Source: Eledone cirrhosa
Taxonomy: Eukaryota
Length of the DNA stretch: 64,000 bases
Reading direction: 5' to 3'
Assembly: GCA_964016885.1 (NCBI GenBank)
Contig: OZ024746.1
Span: forward strand, 22,320,001 to 22,384,000
Under the pieces are notes generated by a model. The model saw nothing but the letters and a program-made list of their open reading frames with translations. It had not been told where the DNA came from and made no database searches. Positions 1 through 13,800 of this stretch are shown here, one piece after another. Numbering within the stretch: the stretch's first letter is position 1; each line of letters starts with the position of its first letter. The translations under genes and the position numbers were made by a program.

Positions 1-30
1 GTGTCTTCTGCAATAGTCTCAGCTTGGCCA

Positions 31-385
31 ATGGGGAAATGTTTTGGTTCAAGATGCACCTCACTCTAGCCCACCAACTGAGATTAACAGGAACAAATTA
101 AGCATGTTAGTCAACAGTAACTCCTGTCATATGACCTGAATGATTGCAGATATTCTTCAAATATCTGAATCAAGGGTTGAAAACCATCTGTATTAACTTG
201 GTTATGTCAGCAGGTTTGGTTCCCACATCAATTGACTGAGGCTAAACTTGCCCAATGAATTCCCATCTGTGATTTGTTGCAGAAACATGATGAAAACGAT
301 CCTTTTTTTTTTCTTTTTTTCTTAAGAGAATGATGACAGGGGTTGAAAGATGAATCATCTATAGGAATGTGAATGGAAAATGTCT
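31..385 (+). mobile_element. Mariner transposase pseudogene fragment (second HTH to start of catalytic domain)
   Basis: Manual translation across stops and frameshifts: VQDAPHSSPPTEI..IADILQISESRVENHLY*LGYVSRF..VPHQLTE..ICDLLQKHDENDPF..KRMMTGVER*IIYRN. This matches the mariner pattern DAPRSGRP..IADILKIS..HLHQLGYV..WVPHEL..FLKRIVTGDEKW. Confidence 0.85.
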
Positions 386-604
386 AGAACTACCCTAGAT
401 GAATATGGCCATGCACACAGTTGAGATGGAACTCAGCACCTCATAGCTGCAAAATAAACTTGTTAACCATATAGCTACTCCTGTCACAGTATCCATTGTC
501 AAACAACGTATTCCTTTTCACCTAATAGCTTAAACTAATCACAACAAACAGTACATTAATTCAATAATGTTATTACTGTCAGAACATTTAAACATCTGCC
601 CAGT

Positions 605-633
605 TTCTCTCTCTCTCCCTCTACCCCTCACCA

Positions 634-700
<67 letters not shown>
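605..700. repeat. (CT)n/(TA)n microsatellite
   Basis: Direct reading. Confidence 0.95.
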
Positions 701-703
<3 letters not shown>

Positions 704-1094
704 TATAATTTTTTTTTTCTGTGTTGTCACTGAAAATAAATAATATAATAATATCACTTTTATGTTATTAGTTTATTGATTGTTGAAAACTAGTTTTGAC
801 CGAGGTTTAACTAGTAGACATATTAAAATTAACTTAACTGATTTGAGTCAGACATGAAGACTAAGTCCAACATAGAGAGAGGAACAAATTTTTCCTTTTG
901 ATGTCAAAAATTACCAAAGTTAATTTATAAACTTTGACAGACACATTTGGTAAAACTGATTCATTGAATATTATTCATTATATTATCCTTATATTTTTCA
1001 GTTTTCTTCTGTATGTCTATATATATGTATTTTTTTTTTCAGAGACAACACATATATATATATATATATTATATATATATATATATATATATGT

Positions 1095-1828
<734 letters not shown>

Positions 1829-1959
1829 TTCATTAGATTTATTGGTGTGTATATATATACAGAAGATCCAACCTGCAGATTACAATGTGACTTGACCTAC
1901 CCTCCCCTTTCCACTAGCACTCAACTTCACTACTTCACCCCTCCCCACAAACACACTGT

Positions 1960-2225
1960 AGAGTGGCAGGTGTGAGGAAGGGCATCCAGCCATAGAAAGC
2001 TTGCCAGACAAAGAGTCAAGAGGACCCTCCAGTCATGTCAAAGGCATGACAACCTCTCCTGAACACTCAATGGAATGTGAGACTGTACATAAGTTCCCAG
2101 GTTCCTGGCCTACCTGAGAGATCAGTGCCCCTTCTTCAGTACTGACTTGGTCTATATGGACCTGTCCAACCCTTGCTCCTAGGGAAATTGGATGCTAAAA
2201 AGACAATGATAATGATGATGGTGAT
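1960..2225 (+). mobile_element. SINE 3' part, (GAT)n-tailed family ('family B')
   Basis: ggaagggcatccagccatagaaa ... ggacctgtccaacccttgct ... gatgatg; same motifs as the copy at 36326-36670. Confidence 0.75.
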
Positions 2226-2314
2226 ATAATATACAGACATATATTCTTTTTATGAGCAAATACATTTGAAAATAGTCATTATTGAGATAAATCTAATCTT
2301 CATCCATTATTACT

Positions 2315-2497
2315 CCTACATCTGTGTGTGTTAGGAATTTATTAGTTTACATCTGTCACATCTGTTTGTTTTCGAAATCATTAGTCCAACATCTGTCACA
2401 TCTGTTTGTATGGGAATCATAAGTTCTACGTCTATTACATCTGTTTGTGTAGAAATTATTAGTCCTACATTTGTCACTTCTGTTTGTGCAGGAATCT
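2315..2497. repeat. Degenerate ~40-bp minisatellite, 4-5 copies
   Basis: Recurring acatctgtcacatctgtttg..gaatcattagtc. Confidence 0.8.
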
Positions 2498-2544
2498 GGT
2501 TATTTAGCTGCTATTTCTAGCTTTTATTCATCAGTGTTGGTTAT

Positions 2545-2875
2545 TTAGAGCTGGAATGGGGTTCCTCTGAAGGGTATATGGAGTAATGTTACTCAATATA
2601 GTGTGTAGCTTTGAGATAAGAGAGTCACTCTGATATTATGGGCATGTGGTTAGAATGTCTCAGGAAAGAATTACTGGACAGATTTTACAGGCAAAACCAA
2701 CTGGCGGGAGACCCAAAATAGTTGGATAACATCTATAAGCTCAGCTGGTCTTGCTTGAGGATCCAATTAGATCAACTGGAGACCGTTGCTTCTGACAGGA
2801 TCTGCTGGAAGGAGTGTTTGAGGACTCTGCCCCCATGACCCTCTCAGGGAGAAGTGGACAAAGAAAGAGAAGAAG
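2545..2875 (+). mobile_element. RTE-like LINE 3' end fragment
   Basis: YGHVVRMSQERITGQIL..KP..GRP-type C-terminal coding remnant with a (gaa)n tail; homologous to 5995-6385. Confidence 0.7.
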
Positions 2876-4149
2876 GTTATTTAGCTGCTGTTTCTAGCTG
2901 GTGGATTGACCAGGTGGAAGTATTTGCTGATTTGCACAGAGAACACCTCATTTCCAGTATATCTCCCCAACTCCTACACCATCAGCTTTCTCATGCAATT
3001 AATATATGGTATAATGTCATATTTTAATATCTCTCATAGATACAATGTATTCCACCTACTCATCCCTCCCCCCTCCCATGGGATATTTCTGATACAGAAG
3101 GATGATATATCATGATATCATGTCATTACCATTACCATCATCATCATCACATCTGCCACCATCACCACCATAGCCGTCACAACCACTACCAGTACTACCA
3201 TGTTTTTCTATATTTTTATATTTCCCACAATTAAATTATTCCACCTCCAATCCATCTTATGTAATATTTTCTCACAGAATGAAGATATCATGATACCATC
3301 ATCATCACCACCACCATCATCATCACCATCACCACCATCACCACCATCCTCCTCATCATCATCACAAGCACCATCATCATCATCATCCTTATCATCATCA
3401 TTACCATCACCATCACATCTTAAACACATAGCAATGTCTGTATCCGTTCAAAGAAAAACCACTTAATAATTGGGTATATAAATGATATTTGTACAAGATA
3501 TCAGACAATGGGGTGAAGTAAACTTCTTAACCATACAGGTACGTCTGTGTCTGTTCAGTGAAAAACCATCAAGTTATTGAAAGATAAATAAGAGGAATTG
3601 TTTTAAAGAACAAACTTTCATTTGTAAGTGTCTGAAGGATAACATTAGTCTAGGTCAAGTGAAGATCTCAGTGGAAATAACATTAGGTTAAATAAATAAC
3701 CTAGTTTTGAAGTTGTTGGTGGTAAATTACAAGGAAATTCATGGCTTCTGATTACCAGCTAATATAAAATATTTTCATAAGAAGCTTATAATGAATGGCA
3801 AATATAGCAGAGGTTAAGTTGTTATGTTGGTAACATATCACATTACAAACTTATAGGTAATTAGTTTAGATCTCACTGCAACTACTATGTATATTATAAT
3901 GGTGAAGGTGTTTGTTGTTGCTGATGTTGTTGATGCTGTTGTTTTGTTGTTGCTATCTTTGTTGTTGTTTTTGTTGTTGCTGTCATTGTTATTGTTGTTG
4001 TCATTGCTGTTGTTGTTAATGTTTGTTAATGTTGTCATTATTGTTGTTGTCATTGTTGGTGTTGTTATTGGTGTTGTTGCTATTGAAGTTGTTGTCATTG
4101 CAACTGATAATGTTATTGTTGACATGTTTAAAAAGATCCTAGATAACAT

Positions 4150-5048
4150 TTTTGATATCAATCCACTGGAGACTGTCTTTAGTTCTATGGTACAAAACCA
4201 TCCATTTTAAAGTGTTTGTATTTAAATCTAAGCATTCTATCATATTTTGTGTAAGAACCTTTTGTTAATTTAAGTTCTAAACACAAGCTTAATAATGAAG
4301 ACGTTAGTTATTTAATAAAACTGTCCAATATTCTTGATGATTTAAAAAGTTAATTAAAACACTAGAGTGTGTATTTCATCATAAAAAATAATCACAAAAG
4401 TGTTAACCTTTCTGATACCAACCCAGCCAAAACCAGCTCTGGTTCTATGAAACAAAACCAACCCATTTTAAAGGATTCATATTTAAATTAAAATCTTACA
4501 TTATTTTATATAAAAACCATATAATTAAGTTACTATCTTAGTAATGAAATAATCATTTTAGTAAATCCATCAAAATTCTTCATTAATTAATTGAAATAGT
4601 ATTTCATTAGAAAGAGTTAACTCTTTTGCCACCAAACATAGTGTGTATTTCCTTAAAAATATGCTCACAATTAGAATCCTCCAACATAAATTTGTATATG
4701 AACCATATGTTAAATTTCTATCTTAGTAATGAAATAATTAATTTTAGTAAATCCGTCAAAGTTTTTCATTAATTAATTGAAATAGTATTTCATTAGAAAG
4801 AGTTAACTCTTTTGCCACCAAGCAAACTAACTGAAACTACCCTGGCCCCTGTTTCTATAATACAAAACTTCTAAAATTCTTTCATCATAATTTTATGTAA
4901 GAACCTTTGTTAAGTTATGTTCCAAACACCAACTTAATAATAAAAAAAATGGTTATATTACTAAGTCCTTCCAAATTGGTGATTATTTTCAAAATTATTT
5001 GAAAATACATAATAGTGTTTTTCATTAGAAATATGAGAAAGGGTTTAA
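4150..5048 (+). mobile_element. Tandem cluster of ~190-250 bp TTAA-bounded non-autonomous DNA elements (piggyBac-like MITE)
   Basis: Units begin TTAA-c(c/t)ctt.. and end ..aag(a/g)g-TTAA, with shared TTAA at 4403, 4617, 4803 and 5045. Homologous copies at 41210-41467 (reverse) and 43662-44110. Confidence 0.55.
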
Positions 5049-5334
5049 CATTGTTCATAAGCAATTTGAAATGATCAATATTTGTTATTCACTTAATGAT
5101 GTGATTCTACGAATATTACAGCCATGTAGAATTCATGATCTAGTGTGTAGCACTTAAGTTAATTAGTATAAAGTGATTTGTGTGAGGTCAGCAATATGAC
5201 AGTTAGGATGAGACTGTAACCTTGTAAACCATTAAGATCTGCCAGCTATTGTATGTCAACATTCTCTCATTGAACATATCACTATAATGTGTGTCCTGTG
5301 ATGGATTAAAGTGTTAAAGAACAATACATATGCA

Positions 5335-5337
<3 letters not shown>

Positions 5338-5422
<85 letters not shown>

Positions 5423-5423
5423 A

Positions 5424-5456
<33 letters not shown>
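5338..5456. repeat. (TA)n microsatellite
   Basis: Direct reading. Confidence 0.95.
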
Positions 5457-5994
5457 AGTATGTATACGTTCATACTTATATGTATACAGACGTACAGTAG
5501 TATGTATATATAAATACATACATGCACACAAATATATATGCACGTATGGATTTACTGAACATTTATTATAATGCTCGGTGTGTTTGTAAACAAATATCCC
5601 GAATTAAGCCATACAGTGTTTAGCAACCATTGTTGCCCTTTGTTCAACACTGACAAAGGAGCATTTTGTTTCATTTTTTCCGTTTATCGTTTTCGGTGCG
5701 CCCAGCCGATTAACTCACTCGATATTCAAATTAGGCTGCTCAGCCGTTAATATGCATAAGGAAAGTATATACTTTCAGACGTTCAATCATCTGGCAGGAA
5801 AGTATATGGTGCTGATGATAGCTAATAAGCTTGAAACTAGTACAAGTGGAAGGAATATGTGGAACAGGTTGAAGGATAATCTTAATATGCTGGATCTCAT
5901 AATAAAGAATCCACAAAGAACAATTGGATTTAACAACAGCAATCCTCTTTTAACATAATATAACCTTTTAAGTATGGAAAGAATAGGATCGCGA

Positions 5995-6385
5995 ATATGT
6001 GGACGTAATGGGGCTCCGCTGAAGGATCTTTGGAGTAATTTTGCTCAATAGGGTACGTAGCACAGAGATCAGAAAGTTGTTCGAGTTAGAGCCACTACTT
6101 CTCTGAATTGAGTGATCACAGCTCCGATACTATGGGCATGTAGTTAGAATGTCTCAGGAAAGAATCACTGGACAGATTTTAAGGGCAAAACCAATCAGCA
6201 GAAGACTAGGAGTAGACCCTGAGCAAAACGGTTGGATAATATCATTGAGCTTGGCTGGTCTCGCTTGGGGATCCAATCAGATCAATTGGAGATGGTTGCT
6301 TCTGACAGGACCTGCTGGAAGAAGTGTTTGAGGACTCTGTTCCCATGACCCTCTCAGGGATATGTGGGAGAAGAAGAAGAAGAAA
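5995..6385 (+). mobile_element. RTE-like LINE 3' end fragment
   Basis: EPLLL*IE*SQLRYYGHVVRMSQERITGQILRAKP, similar to the C-terminus of RTE ORF2, followed by a (gaa)n tail. Further copies at 16730-16928 (+), 51930-52112 (-) and 53868-53980 (+). Confidence 0.75.
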
Positions 6386-6675
6386 AAGAAGAGGGGGGAA
6401 GAAGAAAATTATGTTTATGTTATTCACCTTTTAATCTGGAAAGCTAGCAAGCAACAAGACTATTTTAATTTCAAATGATTCATTTATCTAATTAGAATCC
6501 CACATTTTGTTAATTTTCCAGAGATTAGTCAAATTAACACAGCAATTAATCCACAATTACTTTCAAGTCTGTTTAAATAACTCCCTACTACGGAATGTTC
6601 TAGTTCTAGAAAAAAACAAAAAAGACTATCATATTTGGATTGAAATTTAGAGAAATCACAAAACACATTATCAAC

Positions 6676-7698
6676 ATCTCCTCTCTCTCTCTCCCCTCTT
6701 CTTTCTCTCTCCTTTCCTCTCTCTCCTATCCCCTCTCGCCCCTCCTCTCTCTCTTATTCCCCTCTCTCTCTCCTTCCTCTCTTTCCTCTCCTTTCTTTCC
6801 TCTCCTCTCCCCTCTCCTCTCTCTCCCCTTCTCCCCCTCTCTCTCCCTTACTCTGTATCTCCCTCTCATTCTCCTCTCTCTCTCGTCTCTCTTTGTCTCC
6901 TACTCTGTCCCTCTCTTACTCTCTCTCTCACATACAAACATACTTAAATGAATAGGTAAAGACACACAATAACACCCATACATATACACACAATACACCC
7001 AATGACACACATACACATGCATACACACACATAATGACACCCATACACATACACACAATGGCACTCATACACATACACACACACAATGGCACTCATACAC
7101 ATACACACACACAATGGCACTCATACACATACACACACAATGACACCCCTACACATACAATGACACCTCCACACATGCATATATGCATAGACACACACAT
7201 ACACTCAATGACACCCCCCACACACACTTACAATGACACCCCCACACATACAATGACACCTCCACACATACATATATGCATAGACACACACATACACTCA
7301 ATGACACCCCACACACACTTACAATGACACCTCCACACACACATACAATGACACCCCCACACACACATACAATGACCCCTCCCCCATATATATATACACA
7401 CACACAATAACACCCTCTACATATACACACATACATGACACACACATATACACACACACAATAACACACACATATACACACATATATACACATATATACG
7501 CACATATATACACACACAATGACACACACGTATACACACATACAATGACACACACACACACATATAGACATATACACAGATATACACACATACAATGACA
7601 CACATATACACACATATACAGACACACAATGAGACACATATACACACATATACACACATATACACACATACGCATACACACACACACACACACACACA
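6676..7698. repeat. CT-rich tract followed by composite (CA)n array with caatgacac spacers
   Basis: Direct reading; source of the HT/CV-repeat ORFs. Confidence 0.9.
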
Positions 7699-7784
7699 AC
7701 TGAACCAGCAGTTTATTATTTATCATTTGTTACTAACCATTGCCATGACAATAACTTTTATTGTTTAACAATTATCTTCCCCAC

Positions 7785-8362
7785 CATCTCCTCCTCCTCC
7801 CCCTCCTCCTCCTCCTCCTCTCTGTGTATATCATCATCACCATTATCATCATTATCATCATCACCATTATCATCATTATCATCATCATCATCATCATCAT
7901 CATCACCATTATCATCATTATCATCATCATCATTATCACTATTATCATCATCATCATCATCATCATTATCATCATTATCATCATTATCATCATCATTATC
8001 ATCATCATTATCATCATCATTATTATCATCACCATCATTGGTAGAGGGTCGGACGCCATGCTTTTCAAGCATAGAGTTACGGCCCTTTGTGGTCTGAGTT
8101 CAAATCTCGCCGAGGTTAACTTTGCCTTTCATCCTTACGGAGGTCGATAAAATAAAGTACCAGTAATACACTGGGGGGGGGGGGGGGGGGTAATTGCTGG
8201 CCTTGTGCCAAAAGTAGAAACAATTATTATCATCACCATCATTATCACCGTCATCATGATGATCATCATTATCATCACCATCATTGTCATCATCATCATC
8301 ATCATCATTATCACCGTCATCATGATGACCATCATTATCATCATCACCATCACTATCATCAC
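7785..8362. repeat. (CCT)n/(ATC)n trinucleotide tracts flanking a SINE
   Basis: Direct reading. Confidence 0.9.
8036..8230 (+). mobile_element. tRNA-derived SINE ('family A') with internal poly-G
   Basis: B-box-like gagttcaaatctc, central block gaggttaactttgcctttcatcctt..gtcgataaaataaagtaccagt (recalls Deu/Nin-type SINE central domains), 3' end gctggccttgtgccaaaagtagaaac plus (att)n. Confidence 0.85.
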
Positions 8363-8524
8363 CACAGTTTCTATTTATTCCAGGTATTATATGGTCCAGT
8401 GTCACAGTCATATTTCAAGGCTAGACAGGCCAGGTAACCCATGTCTACTCATACATTCTATTTTTGACTTGGTTTCTATGGCTGGATGCCTTTCCTAATG
8501 CCAGCCACTTTATATTATGTATTT

Positions 8525-8695
8525 GGAGCACGGTAGTACCGGTAGAGCTTTGCAGCATAGAAGTATGGCCCTTTATGGTCTGAGTTCAAATCCCTCCAAG
8601 GTTAGCTTTGCCTTTCATCCTTATGGGGTGGATAAAATAAAGTACCAGTAATGCAAAAATTGTTGGCCTTGTGCCTAAATCAGAAACCATTATTA
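8525..8695 (+). mobile_element. SINE family A copy inserted into a minus-strand family B SINE
   Basis: Same motifs as 8036-8230. Upstream 8420-8515 is reverse family B (ttggtttctatggctggatgcctttcctaatgcc). Confidence 0.8.
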
Positions 8696-8696
8696 T

Positions 8697-11600
8697 GGCA
8701 CCATCACTACCACCTTACAGTGCGGACTGGGTACTTTTTATTGTGGCACCAACACTACTGCTTTAAATGGTAGACTGGGTACTTTTTATTGTGGCACCAA
8801 CACTGCTGCTTTAAATGGTAGACTGGGTACTTTTTATTGTGGCACCAACACTGCTGCTTTAAATGGTAGACTGGGTACTTTTTATTGTGGCACCAACACT
8901 ACTGCTTTAAATGGTAGACTGGGTACTTTTTATTGTGGCACCAACACTACTGCTTTAAATGGTAGACTGGGTACTTTTTATTGTGGCACCAACACTGCTG
9001 CTTTAAATGGTAGACTGGGTACTTTTTATTGTGGCACCAACACTACTGCTTTAAATGGTAGACTGGGTACTTTTTATTGTGGCACCAACACTACTGCTTT
9101 AAATGGTAGACTGGGTACTTTTTATTGTGGCACCAACACTACTGCTTTAAATGGTGGACTGGGTACTTTTTATTGTGGCACCAACACTGCTGCTTTAAAT
9201 GGTAGACTGGGTACTTTTTATTGTGGAACCAACACTGCTGCTTTAAATGGTAGACTGGGTACTTTTTATTGTGGAACCAACACTACTGCTTTAAATGGTG
9301 GACTGGGTACTTTTTATTGTGGAACCAACACTGCTGCTTTAAATGGTAGACTGGGTACTTTTTATTGTGGCACCAACACTACTGCTTTAAATGATGGACT
9401 GGGTACTTTTTATTGTGGCATCAACACTACAGCTTTAAATGGTGGACTGGGTACTTTTTATTGTGGCACCAACACTGCTGCTTTAAATGGTAGACTGGGT
9501 ACTTTTTATTGTGGCACCAACACTACTGCTTTAAATGGTAGACTGGGTACTTTTTATTGTGGCACCAACACTGCTGCTTTAAATGGTAGACTGGGTACTT
9601 TTTATTGTGGCACCAACACTACTGCTTTAAATGGTAGACTGGGTACTTTTTATTGTAGCACCAACACTGCTGCTTTAAATGGTAAACTGGGTACTTTTTA
9701 TTGTGGCACCAACACTACTGCTTTAAATGGTAGACTGGGTACTTTTTATTGTGGCACCAACACTACTGCTTTAAATGGTGGACTGGATACTTTTTATTGT
9801 GGCACCAACACTACTGCTTTAAATGGTGGACTGGGTACTTTTTATTGTGGAACCAACACTACTGCTTTAAATGGTAGACTGGGTACTTTTTATTGTGGCA
9901 CCAACACTACTGCTTTAAATGGTAGACTGGGTACTTTTTATTGTGGCACCAACACTAATGCTTTAAATGGTAGACTGGGTACTTTTTATTGTGGCACCAA
10001 CACTGCTGCTTTAAATGGTAGACTGGGTACTTTTTATTGTGGCACCAACACTACTGCTTTAAATGGTGGACTGGGTACTTTTTATTGTGGCACCAACACT
10101 GCTGCTTTAAATGGTAGACTGGGTACTTTTTATTGTGGCACCAACACTACTGCTTTAAATGGTGGACTGGGTACTTTTTATTGTGGCACCAACACTGCTG
10201 CTTTAAATGGTAGACTGGGTACTTTTTATTGTGGCACCAACACTGCTGCTTTAAATGGTAGACTGGGTACTTTTTATTGTGGCACCAACACTACTGCTTT
10301 AAATGGTGGACTGGGTACTTTTTATTGTGGCACCAACACTGCTGCTTTAAATGGTAGACTGGGTACTTTTTATTGTGGCACCAACACTACTGCTTTAAAT
10401 GGTGGACTGGGTACTTTTTATTGTGGCACCAACACTACCGCTTTAAATGGTAGACTGGGTACTTTTTATTGTGGCACCAACACTACTGCTTTAAATGGTA
10501 GACTGGGTACTTTTTATTGTGGCACCAACACTACTGCTTTAAATGGTAGACTGGGTACTTTTTATTGTGGCACCAACACTGCTGCTTTAAATGGTAGACT
10601 GGGTACTTTTTATTGTGGCACCAACACTACTGCTTTAAATGGTAGACTGGGTACTTTTTATTGTGGCACCAACACTGCTGCTTTAAATGGTAGACTGGGT
10701 ACTTTTTATTGTGGCACCAACACTACTGCTTTAAATGGTGGACTGGGTACTTTTTATTGTGGCACCAACACTGCTGCTTTAAATGGTAGACTGGGTACTT
10801 TTTATTGTGGCACCAACACTACTGCTTTAAATGGTGGACTGGGTACTTTTTATTGTGGCACCAACACTACTGCTTTAAATGGTAGACTGGGTACTTTTTA
10901 TTGTGGCACCAACACTACTGCTTTAAATGGTAGACTGGGTACTTTTTATTGTGGCACCAACACTACTGCTTTAAATGGTAGACTGGGTACTTTTAATTGT
11001 GGCACCAACACTACTGCTTTAAATGGTAGACTGGGTACTTTTTATTGTGGCACCAACACTGCTGCTTTAAATGGTAGACTGGGTACTTTTTATTGTGGCA
11101 CCAACACTACTGCTTTAAATGGTAGACTGGGTACTTTTTATTGTGGCACCAACACTGCTGCTTTAAATGGTAGACTGGGTACTTTTTATTGTGGCACCAA
11201 CACTACTGCTTTAAATGGTGGACTGGGTACTTTTTATTGTGGCACCAACACTACTGCTTTAAATGGTAGACTGGGTACTTTTTATTATGGCACCAACACT
11301 GCTGTTTTAAATGGTAGACTGGGTACTTTTTATTGTGGAACCAACACTACTGCTTTAAATGGTGGACTGGGTACTTTTTATTGTGGCACCAACACTGCTG
11401 CTTTAAATGGTAGACTGGGTACTTTTTATTGTGGCACCAACACTACTGCTTTAAATGGTGGACTGGGTACTTTTTATTGTGGCACCAACACTACTGCTTT
11501 AAATGGTAGACTGGGTACTTTTTATTGTGGCACCAACACTACTGCTTTAAATGGTAGACTGGGTACTTTTTATTGTGGCACCAACACTACTGCTTTAAAT

Positions 11601-12003
11601 GGTAGACTGGGTACTTTTTATTGTGACACCAACACTACTGCTTTAAATGGTAGACTGGGTACTTTTTATTATGGCACCAACACTGCTGCTTTAAATGGTA
11701 GACTGGGTACTTTTTATTGTGGCACCAACACTACTGCTTTAAATGGTAGACTGGGTACTTTTTATTGTGGCACCAACACTGCTGCTTTAAATGGTAGACT
11801 GGGTACTTTTTATTGTGGCACCAACACTACTGCTTTAAATGGTGGACTGGGTACTTTTTATTGTGGCACCAACACTACTGCTTTAAATGGTGGACTGGGT
11901 ATTTTTTATTGTGGCACCAACACTACTGCTTTAAATGGTGGACTGGGTATTTTTTATTGTGGCACCAACACTACCACCTTACATGGTGGACTGGGTACTT
12001 TTT
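8697..12003. repeat. 48-bp minisatellite, ~69 near-identical copies
   Basis: Unit ggcaccaacactactgctttaaatggtagactgggtactttttattgt. The phase recurs every 240 bp (5x48) and the ORF repeat WHQHYCFKWWTGYFLL is 16 aa. Confidence 0.98.
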
Positions 12004-12149
12004 GTATTGACACACTAGCACTCCTTCATTACAACACTAAGGCTTTAGCTGTGTCCTCAACCATGATGGGGAGGCAGTGATGGGAGTAGGGTGATGTAAG
12101 GTGGAGGATAAGGTCATCTTACAGAGGGATGTAAGGATTACGTAACTAA

Positions 12150-12385
12150 ATTTATAATGTTCATGTCATCTGATGAGATTGCTGATTGAAATGCATCGTG
12201 GTCTAATGATGTTATCAATTAGCTACAGAAATACATATTATGCAATAATAAAAGTTATCGGGATCCGGTCTTCACATACTTTTCATTGAGGTATTTAACT
12301 CTGTTCCTGTACCAACAAGGAGATACCACATTTATGATGGAAGATACACATGACGTTGAGTGCTTTTTGCTTTTTACATCATGTT
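12150..12385 (+). mobile_element. Penelope-like terminal repeat relic with CpG-decayed minimal hammerhead (12166-12201) and downstream AATAAA
   Basis: tcat-CTGATGA-gat tgctg att-GAAA-tgca-TC-gtgg reverts to GAT..ATC GAAA CGCG TC by undoing CpG transitions; aataaa near 12248. Confidence 0.55.
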
Positions 12386-12447
12386 CTGCTGGTTGGAATG
12401 ACTGGATCACAAACCCAGCTACCTATTAGTGAAACAATGCAACATAA

Positions 12448-12451
<4 letters not shown>

Positions 12452-12545
<94 letters not shown>
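12452..12545. repeat. (TA)n(GA)n compound microsatellite
   Basis: Direct reading. Confidence 0.97.
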
Positions 12546-12546
<1 letters not shown>

Positions 12547-12889
12547 CTAGCTGTATGATGGTTGTTGTTGTGTGTGAAATGCAATGTTGCATAGTAGTGA
12601 GACATGGGCTGTGAATGTAGAGGTTATTTGAAAGCTGGTGAGAAATAAAGCTAGCATACTCCATATGTGTGGAAGACAAAACATAAATGAGATGGAAGAA
12701 AAAACTAGATATGAGAAGAATCAGAAGTAGTGTGTAAGAGAGAAGACTCTCACTGGTCACGTGATACATATGGATGATGATTTTTGGGAGATGTGCCAAA
12801 AATCCCAGTAGAAGGGAGCTAGAGTAGTGGCAAGTCAAGGAAGACTTGATTTCACATCACTGAATCTCATAGAGTCTGATTTCCTTTGC

Positions 12890-13152
12890 AACTGATTCGA
12901 TGCTGTAAAGGAAATCTATGTCAACGCAGGCAAAACAGAATATATTTGCCTGAACCAAGACTCCTCAGTTGGTATGCGAAGTCTAAACAGCAATATAATC
13001 AAGCAAGTTGATGACTTCAAATACCTGGGTAGCTATATCGCCTCCACAGAACATGATGTTAACATTAGATTGGGAAAAGCCTGGGGAGCATTGAATGCAA
13101 TGGAAAAGATATGGAAACCAAACCTGCCGGCCAAACTAAAAAGGAATTTCTC
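12890..13152 (+). mobile_element. RTE/RTE-X-like LINE reverse transcriptase C-terminal fragment
   Basis: VNAGKTEYI..IKQVDDFKYLGSYIASTEHDVNIRLGKAWGALNAMEKIWKPNLPAKLKRNF, containing the F.YLGS motif and thumb region. Confidence 0.85.
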
Positions 13153-13153
13153 A

Positions 13154-13468
13154 GAAACAAGATGGCGTAGGAAAGAACAAAGGAGAGGCACCAAAACAAA
13201 GAAAAGAACTCCAGTCACTGAAGAGGTCACAGAATGTGTGACGAAAGAACTTTGACAATATATAAACAACCATCTGGTTGTGGAACCAACCAACCAACCG
13301 GAAATTTATAAATTCCTAAATTTATAAATTTATTATAATAAATTGAAGTGAAAGCAACTGGTGCGTGTGTTTCTTATTGGCAACATGACCCTCCCAAAGC
13401 ATAACAATATCGGTTTCAACACACGTTTTCAGATAAAGAATCTTGCTAAACAAATTCAGAAACGAAAT
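13154..13468 (+). mobile_element. Non-coding hammerhead-bearing element (Penelope-associated or retrozyme-like), copy A
   Basis: Body is the reverse complement of 37638-37905; terminal 42-bp module identical to 37907-37948; ends at (TA)n. Confidence 0.7.
13214..13256 (+). ncRNA. Minimal type I hammerhead ribozyme motif
   Basis: GUCA-CUGAAGA-G-GUCACA[gaaug]UGUGAC-GAAA-GAAC-UU-UGAC: 4-bp stem I, perfect 6-bp stem II, conserved core, vestigial stem III. Confidence 0.65.
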
Positions 13469-13691
13469 ATATATATATCAAGGAAACAAAAAGAGAACTC
13501 TTCATCCTCCAAGTATGTAACTAATATGACTTTGTTTGTTCAGGCTTTGTTTCCTTGATGTATATATAAAACTATCTATCTGTTTATCTATCTAACTACA
13601 ACACGTTTATATTGTATGTAAACTTCCCCCTTTGTATTTGTCCCCTTCTTTTGTGCCCCTGTGGCTAATAAAGAAACATATCTATCTACCT

Positions 13692-13692
<1 letters not shown>

Positions 13693-13724
<32 letters not shown>

Positions 13725-13725
13725 A

Positions 13726-13800
<75 letters not shown>
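13693..13800. repeat. (CA)n(TA)n(GA)n compound microsatellite
   Basis: Direct reading. Confidence 0.95.

Noticed and set aside
8745-11990. A/G variants in the array as a fossil of ADAR editing before retrotransposition
   Set aside because: The parent SINE has G at the ggtGg site, so that change is G-to-A. Ordinary transitions spread by duplication explain the pattern.
8697-12003. CRISPR-like array
   Set aside because: Units are contiguous near-identical 48-mers with no unique spacers, there are no cas genes, the context is eukaryotic, and the unit derives from a SINE.
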